Below, piece by piece: positions 40,498 through 55,384 of a stretch of DNA of 64,000 nucleotides (its first letter is position 1; each line of letters starts with the position of its first letter). Both the position numbers and the translations under genes were made by a program. This DNA is from Eledone cirrhosa (taxonomy: Eukaryota), in assembly GCA_964016885.1 (NCBI GenBank), contig OZ024741.1, positions 384,648,001-384,712,000 of the forward strand. Reading direction: 5' to 3'. The notes under the pieces were generated by a model that made no database searches, had not been told where the DNA came from, and was given only the letters and a program-made list of their open reading frames with translations.

Positions 40498-41149
40498 TAA
40501 AGTAATGTTCATTCTTTAACTTGGTACAGTAAAACTACCACATATATAGTAAAAAGAGTCAGGGGAGTGCAAACATTATCTCTTGTAGTTATGGGTGGGG
40601 CCAATATGGACCAGCCCATAGATAAAATACTTGACGTGATAGAAAAAGTAGTCATTTTAAAACTCAGTGGCCCCAAATTACTCAAGAACATGTCTCAAAT
40701 TTAGGTTAGTCGAAAAAAAAGCAAAATTTTGTTGACCAGTGTTATTATATATGTCTCAATTATTCCATCTGATTTTGCCTGACAATCAATGTTGTTGCTA
40801 GGATTCACTTTGAAAGTATATAACATAGATCAGCAGTGACCTAGCATGGCTACATACCACTGGCTGTAAACAGTAAAGTAAAAGAATTTAAAAAAAAAGT
40901 CCATATTAGATACTAATAGAGACATTTATTCCCCAAACCTAATCTTAAAATTGAAATACATTTTGCTCATACTTATCCAATAAATAGTTTTTGATTATCT
41001 CTTAGTAAGCAATAAATATGGAGAAAAATATTGGAAATGTCCTGCCACTAATTCCTAGAAAATTTCATTCCTCTTTAGATTTCAGAAATAATTTTAAGTA
41101 TTCTTTTTACTGATTGTAGACAAATTTACCTATTTTAAGTGGTGCATCT

Positions 41150-41465
41150 AATAAGAACATGGAGGTAAGTCTTGTATATTGGATATAAGTTTGAACACTG
41201 TGTAAATGTGTGAAAAAGGCAGAGCTTGGATGAACTGAGGGAGAAACTGGGTCTTAGAGGAATCTGAAGCAGTGTGCAAAAGAGAAGACTGCATTGGTAT
41301 GGACATATGATGTGTATAGATGATGATCACTGGGTGAAGAAGTGCCAGGAAATCCCAGTAGAAGGAAGCTGCAGTAGAGGAAGACCTAGGTGGAGGTGGT
41401 GAGAGCTGATCTCAAATTGCTGAGGCTCACAGAGAAGATGACGAAGGAATATGACGAATGGAAAA
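41150..41465 (+). mobile_element. Decayed RTE-type LINE 3' fragment
   Basis: ELREKLGLRGI..RRLHWYGHM..WVKKC..VEG...RGRP. Confidence 0.7.
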
Positions 41466-41869
41466 ATGCTGAGCATGGAAAAATGGATGTAAAAATGATG
41501 ATGATGATGATGATGATGATAATTCACTGTATGATAAATGCCGACATTTAATGTCCCTACCTCTATGTAATACTAGATAGAAAATTGTGAATTCAACAAA
41601 AGTAATCAATAATGCATGTTTATAATTTTATTCACATTTATTACTGGTTGATAGATCAGATAAACTGTGACAAGATATAATTAACCATCGTAAAATGTAC
41701 ATATGATATGAGGTTTCATTTTTGACATCAAGTAAATAATACACAGAAAAGATGTTACTGATATTTTCAAAAAGAGGGAATGCTACATATATACTAAAAA
41801 GGTGAATACTGAAATTAAGTGAATGTACAAATATACATAACATATACAAGTTTATTTATGAGTTATATA

Positions 41870-41934
<65 letters not shown>

Positions 41935-42639
41935 ATGCTAGTATATCAGTTATGATTTGCAGGCATTGCTAGAGAAGTAAGCAGGAAGTTATACATGAGA
42001 TACTATTGTGGGAACCAACTCATGGGAGACGCAATAGAGGAAGATCTGCTTGAACCTTCATTGATCAACTCTCAGATGATGCAAACCTTAGCAGGGAGCA
42101 GTTGCCAAGAGCAATGGAAAATTGTGAAGAGACTTTGTCAGAAATGTTTGACTGTGGTTGCAATAATGATGATGATGATGATGATGATGATGGTGATGAT
42201 GGTGGTGGTGGAAATGATAATTACAACCAAAATTGTTGGCCATGTGTCTAAATCAAAACCATAATTTGAAGAAGGATCCAGCTTGAAATGTTAGAACTCT
42301 CTGTTCCCAGTGCACAATAACATCATTCACTTAACTTTATAGGGCATATATTTTACAGGTCACCACCAACCATCTCAAAACTAACCAGCAGGAGACCCAG
42401 CGATAGATCCTGAGCAAGATGGTTGGATAACATCCATGAGTTCAGCTGGTCTTACTTGGGGATCCAGCTGGATCAGTTGGAGATGGTTGGTTCTGACAGG
42501 ACCTGTTGGTAGGAATTTTTGAGGACTCTGTCCCCATGACCCTCTCAGTAATAAGTGGGCAAAGAATAATGGTGATGATGATGGTGGTGGTGGTCATGGT
42601 GGTGGTGATGTTAATGAGGAGGAGGAGAAGAAGAAGAAA

Positions 42640-43800
42640 AAGTAATGGTGTAAAGCAGGGCTGTGTACTGGTACCAATGCTGTTCAGTATGATATTCTCA
42701 GCAGAGCTCATAGATGATTTCAAGGATAATTTTCCTTCAGATGTTCATATCCACTACAAAATGGATGAAAAGCTTCACAACTCCACACACACCCGAAGGC
42801 TGTCATTACAGCCAAAGCCACCAATATTTATGACCTCCTCTTCCTCTTTCTCCTCCTCCTTGTTTAACATCCATTTTCCATGCTGAATAGGTTAGATGGG
42901 TTGTCACATTATGAGACAAGTTAGGTCTAGAGACCATGCCATGCTCATATGGATCTATATTCTGGCTTGGTTTCTATGGCTGGATGCCCTTCCTAACATC
43001 AACCACATTACAGTGTGGACTAGGTGCTATTTTGGACTGTTGTACATTTTGAATAATTGTACATTGAATGTCATATTTGCCAATGACATACAACAAAGTA
43101 ATGACATGCTTTCTGTGCCCTGCAACTTCAGCACACACACAAACACACAAAAACCTTCTGAAGTAATGTATCAACCCTCATCAGACCATGAAATCACAGA
43201 ACCCAAAACAATGAACAATAATACTGTTATGAAATTCGTTTCAATCAACCAATGAGCTGCCACCATGTTAGTAGGTGCAGACTACTTAGTTACGTGTGAA
43301 TCTGGCAACACAAATTGCAAGCATTCATAATTTTGCATTGTCAAAGAAGATTGGAATAAAGCCTTGTAACTTCTTTCTTACATATGTAACATTACAGTCT
43401 TATAACTTCTTATATATATAACACTAAATAAAGCCTTATAGCTTCTTACTATTGTGAATTAGTTGTGCTGAAATACCTTTCTTGACAGTGGAACAGTTCA
43501 CCTGTCTTGGTCACCTTCTTTCATGTCAAGCATGGTTGGATCAACCATTAAGGAAAATAAACACATGCTTAAGACATCAAGTGAAGAGGGGAAACATTTT
43601 AGTCAAATTAAATGTATCAATACAAAAGGAGCCCAGGAGACACATCCACATTAATGACAGAGTCAATTGCAGGATAGTTAAACTAAGTTCAGCTTTTGGA
43701 AGGTTACATTCCACAGTTTGAGATATTAGAGGTATCAGCACTGCTTTCAAACTGAATGTACACCAAGCCATCATATGCTTGGTCCACCTCCAAAACAGAT
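42640..43800 (+). mobile_element. Scattered RTE/BovB-like LINE RT remnants mixed with other repeats
   Basis: NGVKQGCVLVPMLFS (42644), VEQFTCLG (43488) and RIVKLSSAFGRL (43670). Confidence 0.55.
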
Positions 43801-43942
43801 TTTTTTACAGCAGACATGCTAAATAGATTGTGTGCTTTTTATCGTGGTACCAAAACGACCAACTGACAGGCTGGACTGGGTGCTTTTTGTTGTGTCAGAA
43901 TCGACCTCACAAGCCATCTATTTGTATATAATACAAAACCTA

Positions 43943-44331
43943 TATTCTTAGGTCTCGAATAATCGTTCTCTTCCCACTTATTAATTTTTCAGATTTGTCC
44001 CCCCCCCCCCCCCCCCCCCACTCTTATTCCAACCACTTCTCCCTGCTTATTAAATTTTGATAATCTATCTCTGGTGAAATTTTATTTTAAGTGGTAGCAT
44101 TCTTGTAACAATTAATTTTCTTTAGACATTAAAAACCATATACATGACAAAAGAAGAACGCTACAAGAAACCCCATGTTATAAAATAAATAGGATGGGTT
44201 GGGTTCTCAATATGTAAACTAAACAATTGATTCTCGTTTTTAAAAAAATCACTTGAGACAACCTAGAAAAATTACCAATTCCCTCTCCCCCCGTTTATTC
44301 CAAACCCCCTATTATTTGGGACATGAGAATA
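43943..44331. mobile_element. MITE with ~21-bp imperfect TIRs; a second, truncated copy at 44590-44886
   Basis: TATTCTTAGGTCTCGAATAAT ... ATTATTTGGGACATGAGAATA. The internal sequence is repeated at 44590-44886. Confidence 0.65.
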
Positions 44332-44974
44332 AGTCATGGTTTGACTACCAATGAACCAATTATCACTACTGGTTCAACAACCTAAATACACCCATTATTA
44401 ATGGTCATTTGTAACGTTGACTTTTAAACCCATGGTCACTCCTGTTCGAGTAAATCTATGACCAAAGACACTCCAGTCATGGCCATCCCATTACATTGTC
44501 CAGTGCGTTCATCCTTCTTTGATTTGAGTGATTTTAGCTGATATTTCTAGCGAGCTGAGGAATCAAGAGGCTCATCTAGTTACTCCAAATACTTCTGCTT
44601 ATTAATTTTTCTGACCACCCACTGCTCGTATTCCACCCCGCTTTTTACATTTTGCTAATTTATCCCGGCGAAATTTTATTTTAAGTGGTTGCACTCCTGA
44701 GACAATTGATTTTCTTTATACATTAAAAAAACACTATATATGACAGAAAAGTACTTTACTAGAAATCCCATGTTATAAAATAATTAGGATGGGTTGGGGT
44801 CTCAGTATGTAAACTAAACCTAGAAAATTACCGACTGCCACTCCCTGCTTATTCAAACCTTCCCTATTATTTAGGACCCGAGAGTACAGTAGTAATCTGT
44901 CATCTGTATTAGTTTTCTCTCTCATTTTCTAACAATGATGTGGAGAATTATTTAAAAAACAGACAACGTTTTAC

Positions 44975-45025
44975 GCAAGCGGACTTTTTCCCAGAATTCC
45001 CGCAGCAGCAAACTTCCTGTTTTAA
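44975..45025 (+). promoter_or_regulatory. Putative FRG1 core promoter
   Basis: Short CpG-containing segment with TTCCCAGAATTCCC (ZNF143/Staf-like) and ACTTCCTG (ETS-like), ~200 bp upstream of the ATG. The function is inferred. Confidence 0.4.
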
Positions 45026-45196
45026 ACGTAAACATTATTTTTCTATGCATCACTTCAATAGTTTCACATCAATTAAAAAAATCTGTCTAATTAATTCCAT
45101 ATTTTAGACATTTTATCGACGACTCGAATCATCATTTTTTATTTATTACATTTTATATCTCAGGTGTAAAATAACAACCAGCAACTTGAATATAGC

Positions 45197-45979
45197 ATGG
45201 CTGATTCATACGCGTTTGTGAAAGGTGGACGGCTAAAAGTGAAGGGACACAAGGATAAGAAACACAAAAAACATAAGAAAAGAAAACATGATGAGATTTC
45301 AGGTACCCAACAAAGTAAATCTCTTGATACCGATCGCTCTGGCTGGTGGAGTACATCATCAATTGAAGATTTATCCGGACCTATTGCTATCGAAATGAAG
45401 CCATCACGCTATATTAATACTTTAGACAACGGATTGTTTGAATTGGGACCCGAGCATCCTGAACACGACCCTCCCGACCCCACAGAAATTATTACAGCTA
45501 TAAAAGTGAATGAAACGAAAATCGCACTTAAATCTGGTTATGGGAAATATCTGAGTGTGGAAAAGTCTGGTGAAGTGGTGGGTCGGTCAGATGCCATAGG
45601 TGAACGAGAACAATGGGAACCAGTTTTCCAAGACGCGAAAACTGCGCTCTGTGGACCTAATGGATGTTTTCTTTCTTCCGATGAGGATGGAATTATAAGT
45701 TGTATAAAATCAAAAGCTGGTTCGAACGAAATGGTCTGCATAAAATCTTGTACCGATACAACCCCAGATCCCAAAGCTGATATTCCCATTGAAGAACGAG
45801 CTTCCGTTCGACAAGCCGAAATCAACTATGTGAAAAAGTTCCAAAGTTTTCAAGACCGAAGATTACGAGTGAGTAAAGATGATGTTAAAGTTCTAAAGAA
45901 GGCTAAAAAGGAAGGTTCCCTTCACGGAAATTTATTGGATCGACGCGAAAAAATGAAATCGGATCGATATTGTAAATAG
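45197..45979 (+). CDS. FRG1: Protein FRG1 homolog (fascin-like domain), 260 aa, uninterrupted CDS
   Basis: N-terminus MADSYAFVKGGRLKVKG with a K-rich NLS, then IALKSGYGKYL, GRSDAIGEREQWEPVFQ, EINYVKKFQSFQD and C-terminal LLDRREKMKSDRYCK. ATTAAA lies at 46014. Confidence 0.97.
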   Translation: MADSYAFVKGGRLKVKGHKDKKHKKHKKRKHDEISGTQQSKSLDTDRSGWWSTSSIEDLSGPIAIEMKPSRYINTLDNGLFELGPEHPEHDPPDPTEIITAIKVNETKIALKSGYGKYLSVEKSGEVVGRSDAIGEREQWEPVFQDAKTALCGPNGCFLSSDEDGIISCIKSKAGSNEMVCIKSCTDTTPDPKADIPIEERASVRQAEINYVKKFQSFQDRRLRVSKDDVKVLKKAKKEGSLHGNLLDRREKMKSDRYCK

Positions 45980-46211
45980 TTTCAACATTTTTATTATTTG
46001 ATATGAACACAGTATTAAACAAAATATATTGTCAAACTGGCTTCACTGCGTTTTTTTTAAATTTAAATTTAAAATTACTGTGTTTAAAACATGAAGTATG
46101 TTAACAGATTGAGTATCATGTATATATATCATAACCTTTGTGGTATCTAACTTCGCTTTATGTAGGGTCTTATATCAGGCTGAACGCTGGAGTCTGGCCT
46201 AATATTTGAAA

Positions 46212-46245
<34 letters not shown>

Positions 46246-46275
46246 ATCTATGTGTGTATGTATATATATATATAT

Positions 46276-46452
46276 CAAACCTGTCCACTCTCTTCGTCCG
46301 ACGGGGAGATCTCCCACTAACTTTGGGATGAATTTGTGAAAATGAGTATAGCTTTCATTAAGTAAAATCTCCCCATTTTGTCTCATTTCCCCCCCGTTTT
46401 GGGGCACATTTTTTCATGGTACTCCTCGTTTGGGTTTTTAGAGATTTGCAGG

Positions 46453-46456
<4 letters not shown>
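46276..46456. mobile_element. Small hAT-like MITE in (TA)n
   Basis: Ends CAAACCTGTCCACTCTCT and AGAGATTTGCAGGTCTG are imperfect inverted repeats. Confidence 0.55.
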
Positions 46457-46512
<56 letters not shown>

Positions 46513-46849
46513 TAGTGTATATATGTGTGTGTGCGTGTGCATAAAGATATTTGGGAAGAATATCAGAACAGTGAAATGCAGAAGCAGTAGAGGATACTTC
46601 ATGAAGGATAAAGCAAAGGCACTTGAGAGACAGACTATTGTTTAGAGTGAACACTAAATCCTGAGTGCAAAATAGTTATTGGCTGGTTGAAGCTGCCCCT
46701 AGTTTGGTAAAGTGGCTACATGGAGAACAAGAGGAAGAAAGCATGTTATGATGTCTCCCTTAAACCTGGATATTTCCTGTTAACATCAGTGCTGTTTGGT
46801 ACACCAATCGAGGTAGTGGTACCTGTTGTAAGGTGCCCGAGGGAATGTC

Positions 46850-47400
46850 TCACAATACTGGCAGTATGTAATATATATCTATGTGTATATGCTTTGTATC
46901 TGTACATGTGTACATGCAGAAGGTTGGGAAAGGTTTACATATTTCTACTGTTCCATTAATGGATTGTACTTGTAATTTCCTAACTAATCGTGTTCTTTCT
47001 GGTTCTGTGAAGCCCAGCTTCTCAAGATTTATACTGAGGGAGTTACTAACATATCCCATTACCCCAATAATCACAGGTGTAAATCTGAAGGTATAGTCAG
47101 GGTGGAGTATCTGCAGATTTTTCATTAGTTCTGTATAGATATTCTCATTTTCACTAATCTTTAATATTATATTGGCATCTGCTGGGCAGCTAACTTCCAC
47201 TACTGTACATGCCTTCTTTTCTCTATTCCATATCAATATATCTGGTCTGTTATGCCTGTATTTTATTGGGGTTTTGACAGGAATATTCCATCAGTACTCT
47301 TTTATATTATGTATGTATATCTCTTCCAAATTGCTGTAGCTTTTAATGTTTATTGTTGGGGCTATCTTTTCTATGGATTGCATTGTAGTGTTTTGGCCGA
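46850..47400 (-). mobile_element. R4/Dong-type RLE LINE 3' fragment
   Basis: NRPDILIWNREKKACTVVEVSCPAD..ENENIY..FTPVIIGVMG. Confidence 0.7.
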
Positions 47401-47459
47401 CCATGTTACAGTGGACGGAAATATATATACGTAATTGCCTGCTTTGGAGAGGGTTGTGA

Positions 47460-47845
47460 AGTCTTGGATAGTGAGCATGAGCAAAGGAAGAACCATACAG
47501 CTACCAACAAGACTCTACCGTCCCATAAAGTCAAGACAGCCCAAGAATGGATGTGTTACAATCTCCATGATTCCGTCTTGAATCTGTTGGACTACTATGT
47601 ATGGGGCATAGTTGAGAGCAAAGTCAATCAATGCCCCCATAAAACTATAAAATCTTTGAAGTCTGCCATAACTATCACAATAACCAGAATAGATACAGTC
47701 CATTTTATTCAGGTATGTCAACGTTTCAGACCTCATATTGAAGCAGTCATCAATGCTAATGGATTCATTGAGTAAATATGTGAAGAAGAGTCTCAAGATT
47801 ATTCATGCCAATTTCTTTTCCGAAATAAAGCTCTTCTTACATTAC
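47460..47845 (+). mobile_element. Tc1/mariner transposase C-terminal remnant
   Basis: LNLLDYYVWGIVESKVN..H...SLK.AI...RIEAVINANG-like DDE C-terminus. Confidence 0.8.
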
Positions 47846-47899
47846 TTATGCATCTTTTGCTAAATTTATGCAAATGTCCTCAAAAATTGTTCCTAGAAT

Positions 47900-48135
47900 A
47901 GTAGCTTGTGTATAACTTCTAGAGCAATGTCCTGTAAATTGTAACCATCTTTGAGCAATTGTAGTTGTTATTTTGGACAAGTTTCCATATAAACTTTCAG
48001 TTGTAATACATTGATGCCAGTTTATGGTTTGTACAACTCTAAGCATTTTACTGTATGCACTATCTAGTTTCTTCTCAAGTGTCAGGATCCATGTATCTGA
48101 TCCATACCACAACACTGACTTAACAGATGCTCTGA
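47900..48135 (-). mobile_element. RTE-type LINE fragment
   Basis: SVLWYGSDTW..KKLD.AY.KMLR..LYGNL.KI..QRWLQFTGHC. Confidence 0.7.
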
Positions 48136-49667
48136 AGTATCATAGTCCCTCTCATTACATGAAAATCCACCTCTAAACATACAGGCATGTATATATACAG
48201 GACCTTCTAGAAGACTACTAGAACAACATCCTCAAAACATTTTTCCCATTATCAAAGCAGGACAAGTAAAGTAACATATACATACAGAAGCATTAATAGC
48301 CTCACTGGAATGTTCACCATCACCAATAAATGCAATTGTCATTTTCTGATTGAGTTCATCTTATTAGTCTTTGCTATTGCTATCACCAGATTGCACAGGT
48401 GTACAGGAATAGAGTGATATACATCCACAATGTCACTCTGCACCTCATACTTTTCATCACTGCATATTGGAGAGTTCAGTATAATTTGTCAGTTACACAG
48501 AAATTGATCTGTGGGTTGTAGCTTTGTCATTTGGCCAAAATGAAATGAAATGAAATTTACAGCTCACAATGAATCAGATCTAACTAGCCTCCAACAAGTT
48601 TGCATCCCAAAGGAGATGTCTAGGGCGTTTTAGTAATAGGGCTCCAAGGCCTATCATGAAATAACACTGCTTGATCAGAGCTGACCTAGGATACACAACT
48701 ACATCTGTAAGATAATTTGGGAGCCCTCTTAGAAATAGCTCCCAAGTCACCCTTAAACAACATCTTAACATATTAAAAAAAGAAAAGAACACATTGGATT
48801 ATGTAGTCCTGGATATTCAAAAAGACAAGATGATTATGACTGGAACACTTTTGATCATAGATCAAGGTGGGCCAAGGGCTAAACAATAACTAGTACACAT
48901 GCAGATGGTTGAGGTTCAAATAAAACTGGAATCAATCACTCATGAACCATTATCATAATTTAACATCTGTTTTTCCATGCTTGCATGAGTTAGACAGGTT
49001 GTCATATTATGAGATAAGTCATACAGATCTGTGTTTTTTTTTTTGTTTTTTTTACAGCTGGATGACCATTCTCACTTCAACCACATTTACAGTGTGGACT
49101 GGGTACTTTTTATTGTGGTAAGAAAACAACCACATAACGGTGGTCTGGGCACTTTTTGTCATGTCACCATCATAATCACCATACAGGGTGGACTGGGTGC
49201 TTTTTCTTGTGTCACCATCATGATCACTTTACAGGATGGACTGGGTGATTTTGTTGTGACATAGAGGATATTACTTTTCTTGTGTGTATTTATATATTCA
49301 GGGGATTTTGAGATTATTTAATTAAAAATTTATTTAACCCTTTTGATATCAAACTTCCAAAAATTTCTCCTAGTTCTATGATACAAATCTGTTTATTCTA
49401 TTAAAAAATTTTTCCATCATAATTTCATGTTAGAATATTTGTGTTTCAAGCATCAGCTAAAAATGAGAAAGTTAGTTATTTTACTAAACCCTTTCAAATT
49501 CTTAATTAAAAAATCATTTGAAAACCACACTAACAATACGAAAAGGTTTATCTGTAAGAAATTTTATGCTAAGGAAAGAATTTTCTGGAACAATTGGATC
49601 CCTAATATATTAATAGCAGCAAAATGGTAGAAGCGCAAATTCTGTAAATTCGTTATGTTTGATAAGT

Positions 49668-49865
49668 AGTTTCTGATTTAGGAACAAAGCCAACAAATTT
49701 CGATTAAATCAAACACTGCGTTATTGGTACTTTTTTTTAGCGACCTCGTAACGATGAAAGGCAAAGCTAACTTCGGCGGGATTTGAACACAAAACACAAA
49801 GGAACATAACTTTATATCTCAAAGCATGGTGTCCGACGTTGTACCGATACTGCCAATCCACCGTC
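49668..49865 (-). mobile_element. tRNA-derived SINE (further 3' fragments at 50950-51060 and 55572-55691)
   Basis: Family core and 'gggatttgaac' B-box. Confidence 0.75.
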
Positions 49866-51305
49866 CTGTTATATCCGACAATAGTGTTTATATAAGAATG
49901 GTTTGCGTCTCCGTGTCCTGTGAGTACTAGGAAGAGCAGAGGGCTAAGGGAAACAACCCTGTCAGAAATATCACAACAGAGCCAACGCAGATGATGTATT
50001 GTCAAACTCTGCCAAGTATACGACAACTCTTGTATCTAATCTCTTCTCCAACCATTCTGACTGTGTCTTGTTTCTGCATTCAAATGACTCGGGACGAGAG
50101 AGTGTGAATGCTGTCGACCACGTTTGCCCCGCTCAAAACTAGGACATGCGCAAGTTATGACTCCTAGTCCGTACTAACGCGAGTTTTTGGAACCACAAAC
50201 AAACGGTTCGCCTTTCGTTGCTGGGTCGCACATTTTCGACATTGAAAACCGGCACTTCCATATTTTCATGACTTTTTAGATTAAAGAAGTCGCGATTCTC
50301 CTGCTCCCCCCTTTCCCGCACGACTGCCTCAACCGTTGACGTGCTGTGTGACCGAAGTCATGCTCTCCATCGATTATTGATAGACGAACACAATATAGTA
50401 TATGAATAGAAAGTCTAATCTATATGGTTCTAGGAAGATCTCTTTAAAGCTGAGATGCAGTAATGTAATATTTGTATTGATTTTAATGACGTTATGTGGA
50501 CGTAGCATGACCGAATAAGCAAGGAGCTTGCATCGCAATTTTTAAATCTTGGTCTTGATGTTACTGTGTGGCCCCTCCTTGAGCAAGTGTTATTTACGAT
50601 AGACTTGGGTTAATCCAATGTCTTGAAAATGTAACTGGGTAGACAGAAACTGTTTGTAAAAGGAAAGCTTTGTTGCACACTGTGTAACACTAAATCTCCC
50701 TGAGATTTACGTTAAAAGTAAGTTCACATATCTGAAATGTTCAATCACTTACAAGTTAATTTCATGAGCAGGCTATTCCGTTGAACGAACAACTGGAACC
50801 CTCATCGTTGAAACCGACGGAGGTTCATCCCAATGATTTTTTTTATCGTTAAGCACCTTACACAATCGCAACGATATATATACGGAGCCTATGAATATAG
50901 TGAAAGAAGGAAAGAGGAATTGATAATGTTCTGATGTAGACAGGACTAATAATAATTGTTTCTATTTTAGGCACAAGGCCGCAATTACCCAGTACATTAC
51001 TGGTACTTTATTTTATCGACCCCGTAAGGATGAAAAGCAAAGTTAACCTCGGCGGGATTTAATAATAAACGTTAATGGTGCCAAGCGCCAGTATTTACGG
51101 AAATTTGATAAAGTATTTCAACCAACTAGTTACCTGCTAGTCTGGTAAAACTGAGAACCGCATCAACACTCCCGTGTTAAGTGAATCTCCAGATATGAAT
51201 GTATATATATAAACATTCATCGCGGAAAAAGATGGATGTTTTTACCTAACTAGTTAAAATTGTGAAAGATGAAAGATTCATCTAACATAAACGATACTCA
51301 TTCAT

Positions 51306-51410
<105 letters not shown>

Positions 51411-52184
51411 TATATACATGTGTTTATGCGAACATAGTACACAAAGTTATTTCCCTTTAAAAGTATATTTTAGAGTTATCTACCTTCGTGCAGTTTATGC
51501 TATCAGTCAATATTTTAAATTTATACCAGCTAACAAACGCCCGTGCACATACACACCCGTTCGCACGCGCACACACACACACGCACATGCATATGCACAT
51601 ACACATAAATGCACACGTATGGTTACCGAAGTATGATTTATATAACAGATATAGAGACATGTCTATACAGGTCTAACCGGCATCTCAGCACTTACTTCAA
51701 TGTGCCGCCATACTACGATACTCTTCAGCCCTTTGATTCTAAATTTGAACAATTTCACTTGTATTTTACTTTTACTCTCAAATATATGAATGTGAGGGAC
51801 GAGAGCTATAAACATTCGCAGCTACTAACGATATCTGAATATATGAAACAGAACATTCAAATCATTATTTGTTAAGAAACGAATATATTCTATTCCCAGA
51901 TAATCGGTGATGAGTGGTTACGTTTCATGAACAGTAACTTCCCGACAAGGGAGATAACTATTACATGTCTACATGTTTATATGCGGGTTCTAACCTTCTA
52001 CTGCAGCTATGCTGGAACACATTATTTTGTAGTTAGATACATATTTTTATGATTCTCTATCGATTGGCTAATCACCAGAGTTAAACCCTCATCATGAACT
52101 TGAATATCACAAGGCAGTTACGGCTGTATTAAAACAAAACGAAGACAAAAAAAGGCTCCACCCACCCACTTATATATTTATATA

Positions 52185-52285
52185 CAGGGTGTCCTCCAAA
52201 AATGTATACACACTTTGATTACCTGTACAGGCAATATTTATTAGAATGCTGTTGAAGTGTATATACACTTTTTGGGCACACCATG
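52185..52285. mobile_element. Tc1/mariner-type MITE, ~101 bp
   Basis: TA|CAGGGTGTCCTCCAAAAATGTATACACACTT ... AAGTGTATATACACTTTTTGGGCACACCATG|TA. Confidence 0.7.
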
Positions 52286-52328
52286 TATATATAAGTATAT
52301 ACACATACATGAATACCAAACATACATC

Positions 52329-52361
<33 letters not shown>

Positions 52362-52572
52362 ATATTATATTTAGAGTTTAAACTCAAAGTCATTTACAAT
52401 TAATCAGCTCAAAGAAAGAAGCATTTCCGAGCAGTGAAATACAAGTTATATATTAATATATATGATAAACACATACGTGTTTGTATTGTTAATTAGTTTA
52501 TTTCGTTCTAGCTAACTTTGTCTCTTACAATACAAACACGTATATGTTTATCATATATATTAATATATAACT

Positions 52573-52645
<73 letters not shown>

Positions 52646-52677
52646 TATGTATACACACACACACACACACATATACA

Positions 52678-52917
52678 TTTTCGCTCTACATCGCTGAATA
52701 CAATAAATGTAATCTGAGTTTTTCGAATATTAATAATAACATTCGATTCGTTTGCAATTATGCATATACGTATATTGCAATTATGCAGTTCTATTCGCAT
52801 GCCAACACAAGAGAAAGAATGAACAGTTCATTCTACTGACATGGCTATAAAATTGAGGCTTGTTTGCATAATTGCAGACGAATCGAATGTTATTAATATT
52901 CGAAAAACTCAGATTAC

Positions 52918-52922
<5 letters not shown>
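52678..52922 (+). mobile_element. Short foldback relative of the element at 25886-26460
   Basis: 52704-52764 is inverted at 52865-52922, and 52784-52922 matches 26319-26460. Confidence 0.8.
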
Positions 52923-52992
<70 letters not shown>

Positions 52993-53099
52993 TATCCCGG
53001 GTTCAATCGGGGGTACATAGCAAATTATAAATATTTAATATAGGGCTTTCCAGGTGATTTCTCCCGAATGAAACAGCTCTAGTCCTGTAGAAGCCATTT

Positions 53100-54956
<1,857 letters not shown>

Positions 54957-55091
54957 TAGAAGGGGTATTTAATTTGTTGGAAGTTCGAACAATATAAATG
55001 TTTATAACTGATTTAGAGCACTCAACAGATTACTGGAGTAAATATTCAATGATATTAAATAAATGGAAACTATATTTATAAAAACCATATT

Positions 55092-55154
55092 TATTTTATT
55101 ATATAAATTTCAAGGGTACCAAAACATATTGGTACGCTTTCATCAGATAAAATA
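55092..55154 (-). ncRNA. Type I hammerhead motif
   Basis: TATTTTAT-CTGATGA-AAG-C-GTACCAA-TATGTT-TTGGTAC-C-CTT-GAAA-TTTATA-TA-ATAAAATA; stem I is 8 bp. Confidence 0.8.
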
Positions 55155-55314
55155 CAAACTTTGTTTTATAAATAGAGACATACCCATGAAAATCATACCT
55201 TATCGGTTGGATATTCACTGGATAGTGGAAATATATTAGGGATTTTTCAAACTTATGTGTGAATATGCAAATGAATATGTAAATAATTGAAAAACAACCG
55301 TTTATTTAAACGAA

Positions 55315-55384
<70 letters not shown>

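Noticed and set aside
45538-45825. Antisense ORF inside FRG1 (and similar ORFs opposite LINE RTs)
   Set aside because: These are shadow ORFs of the coding strand.
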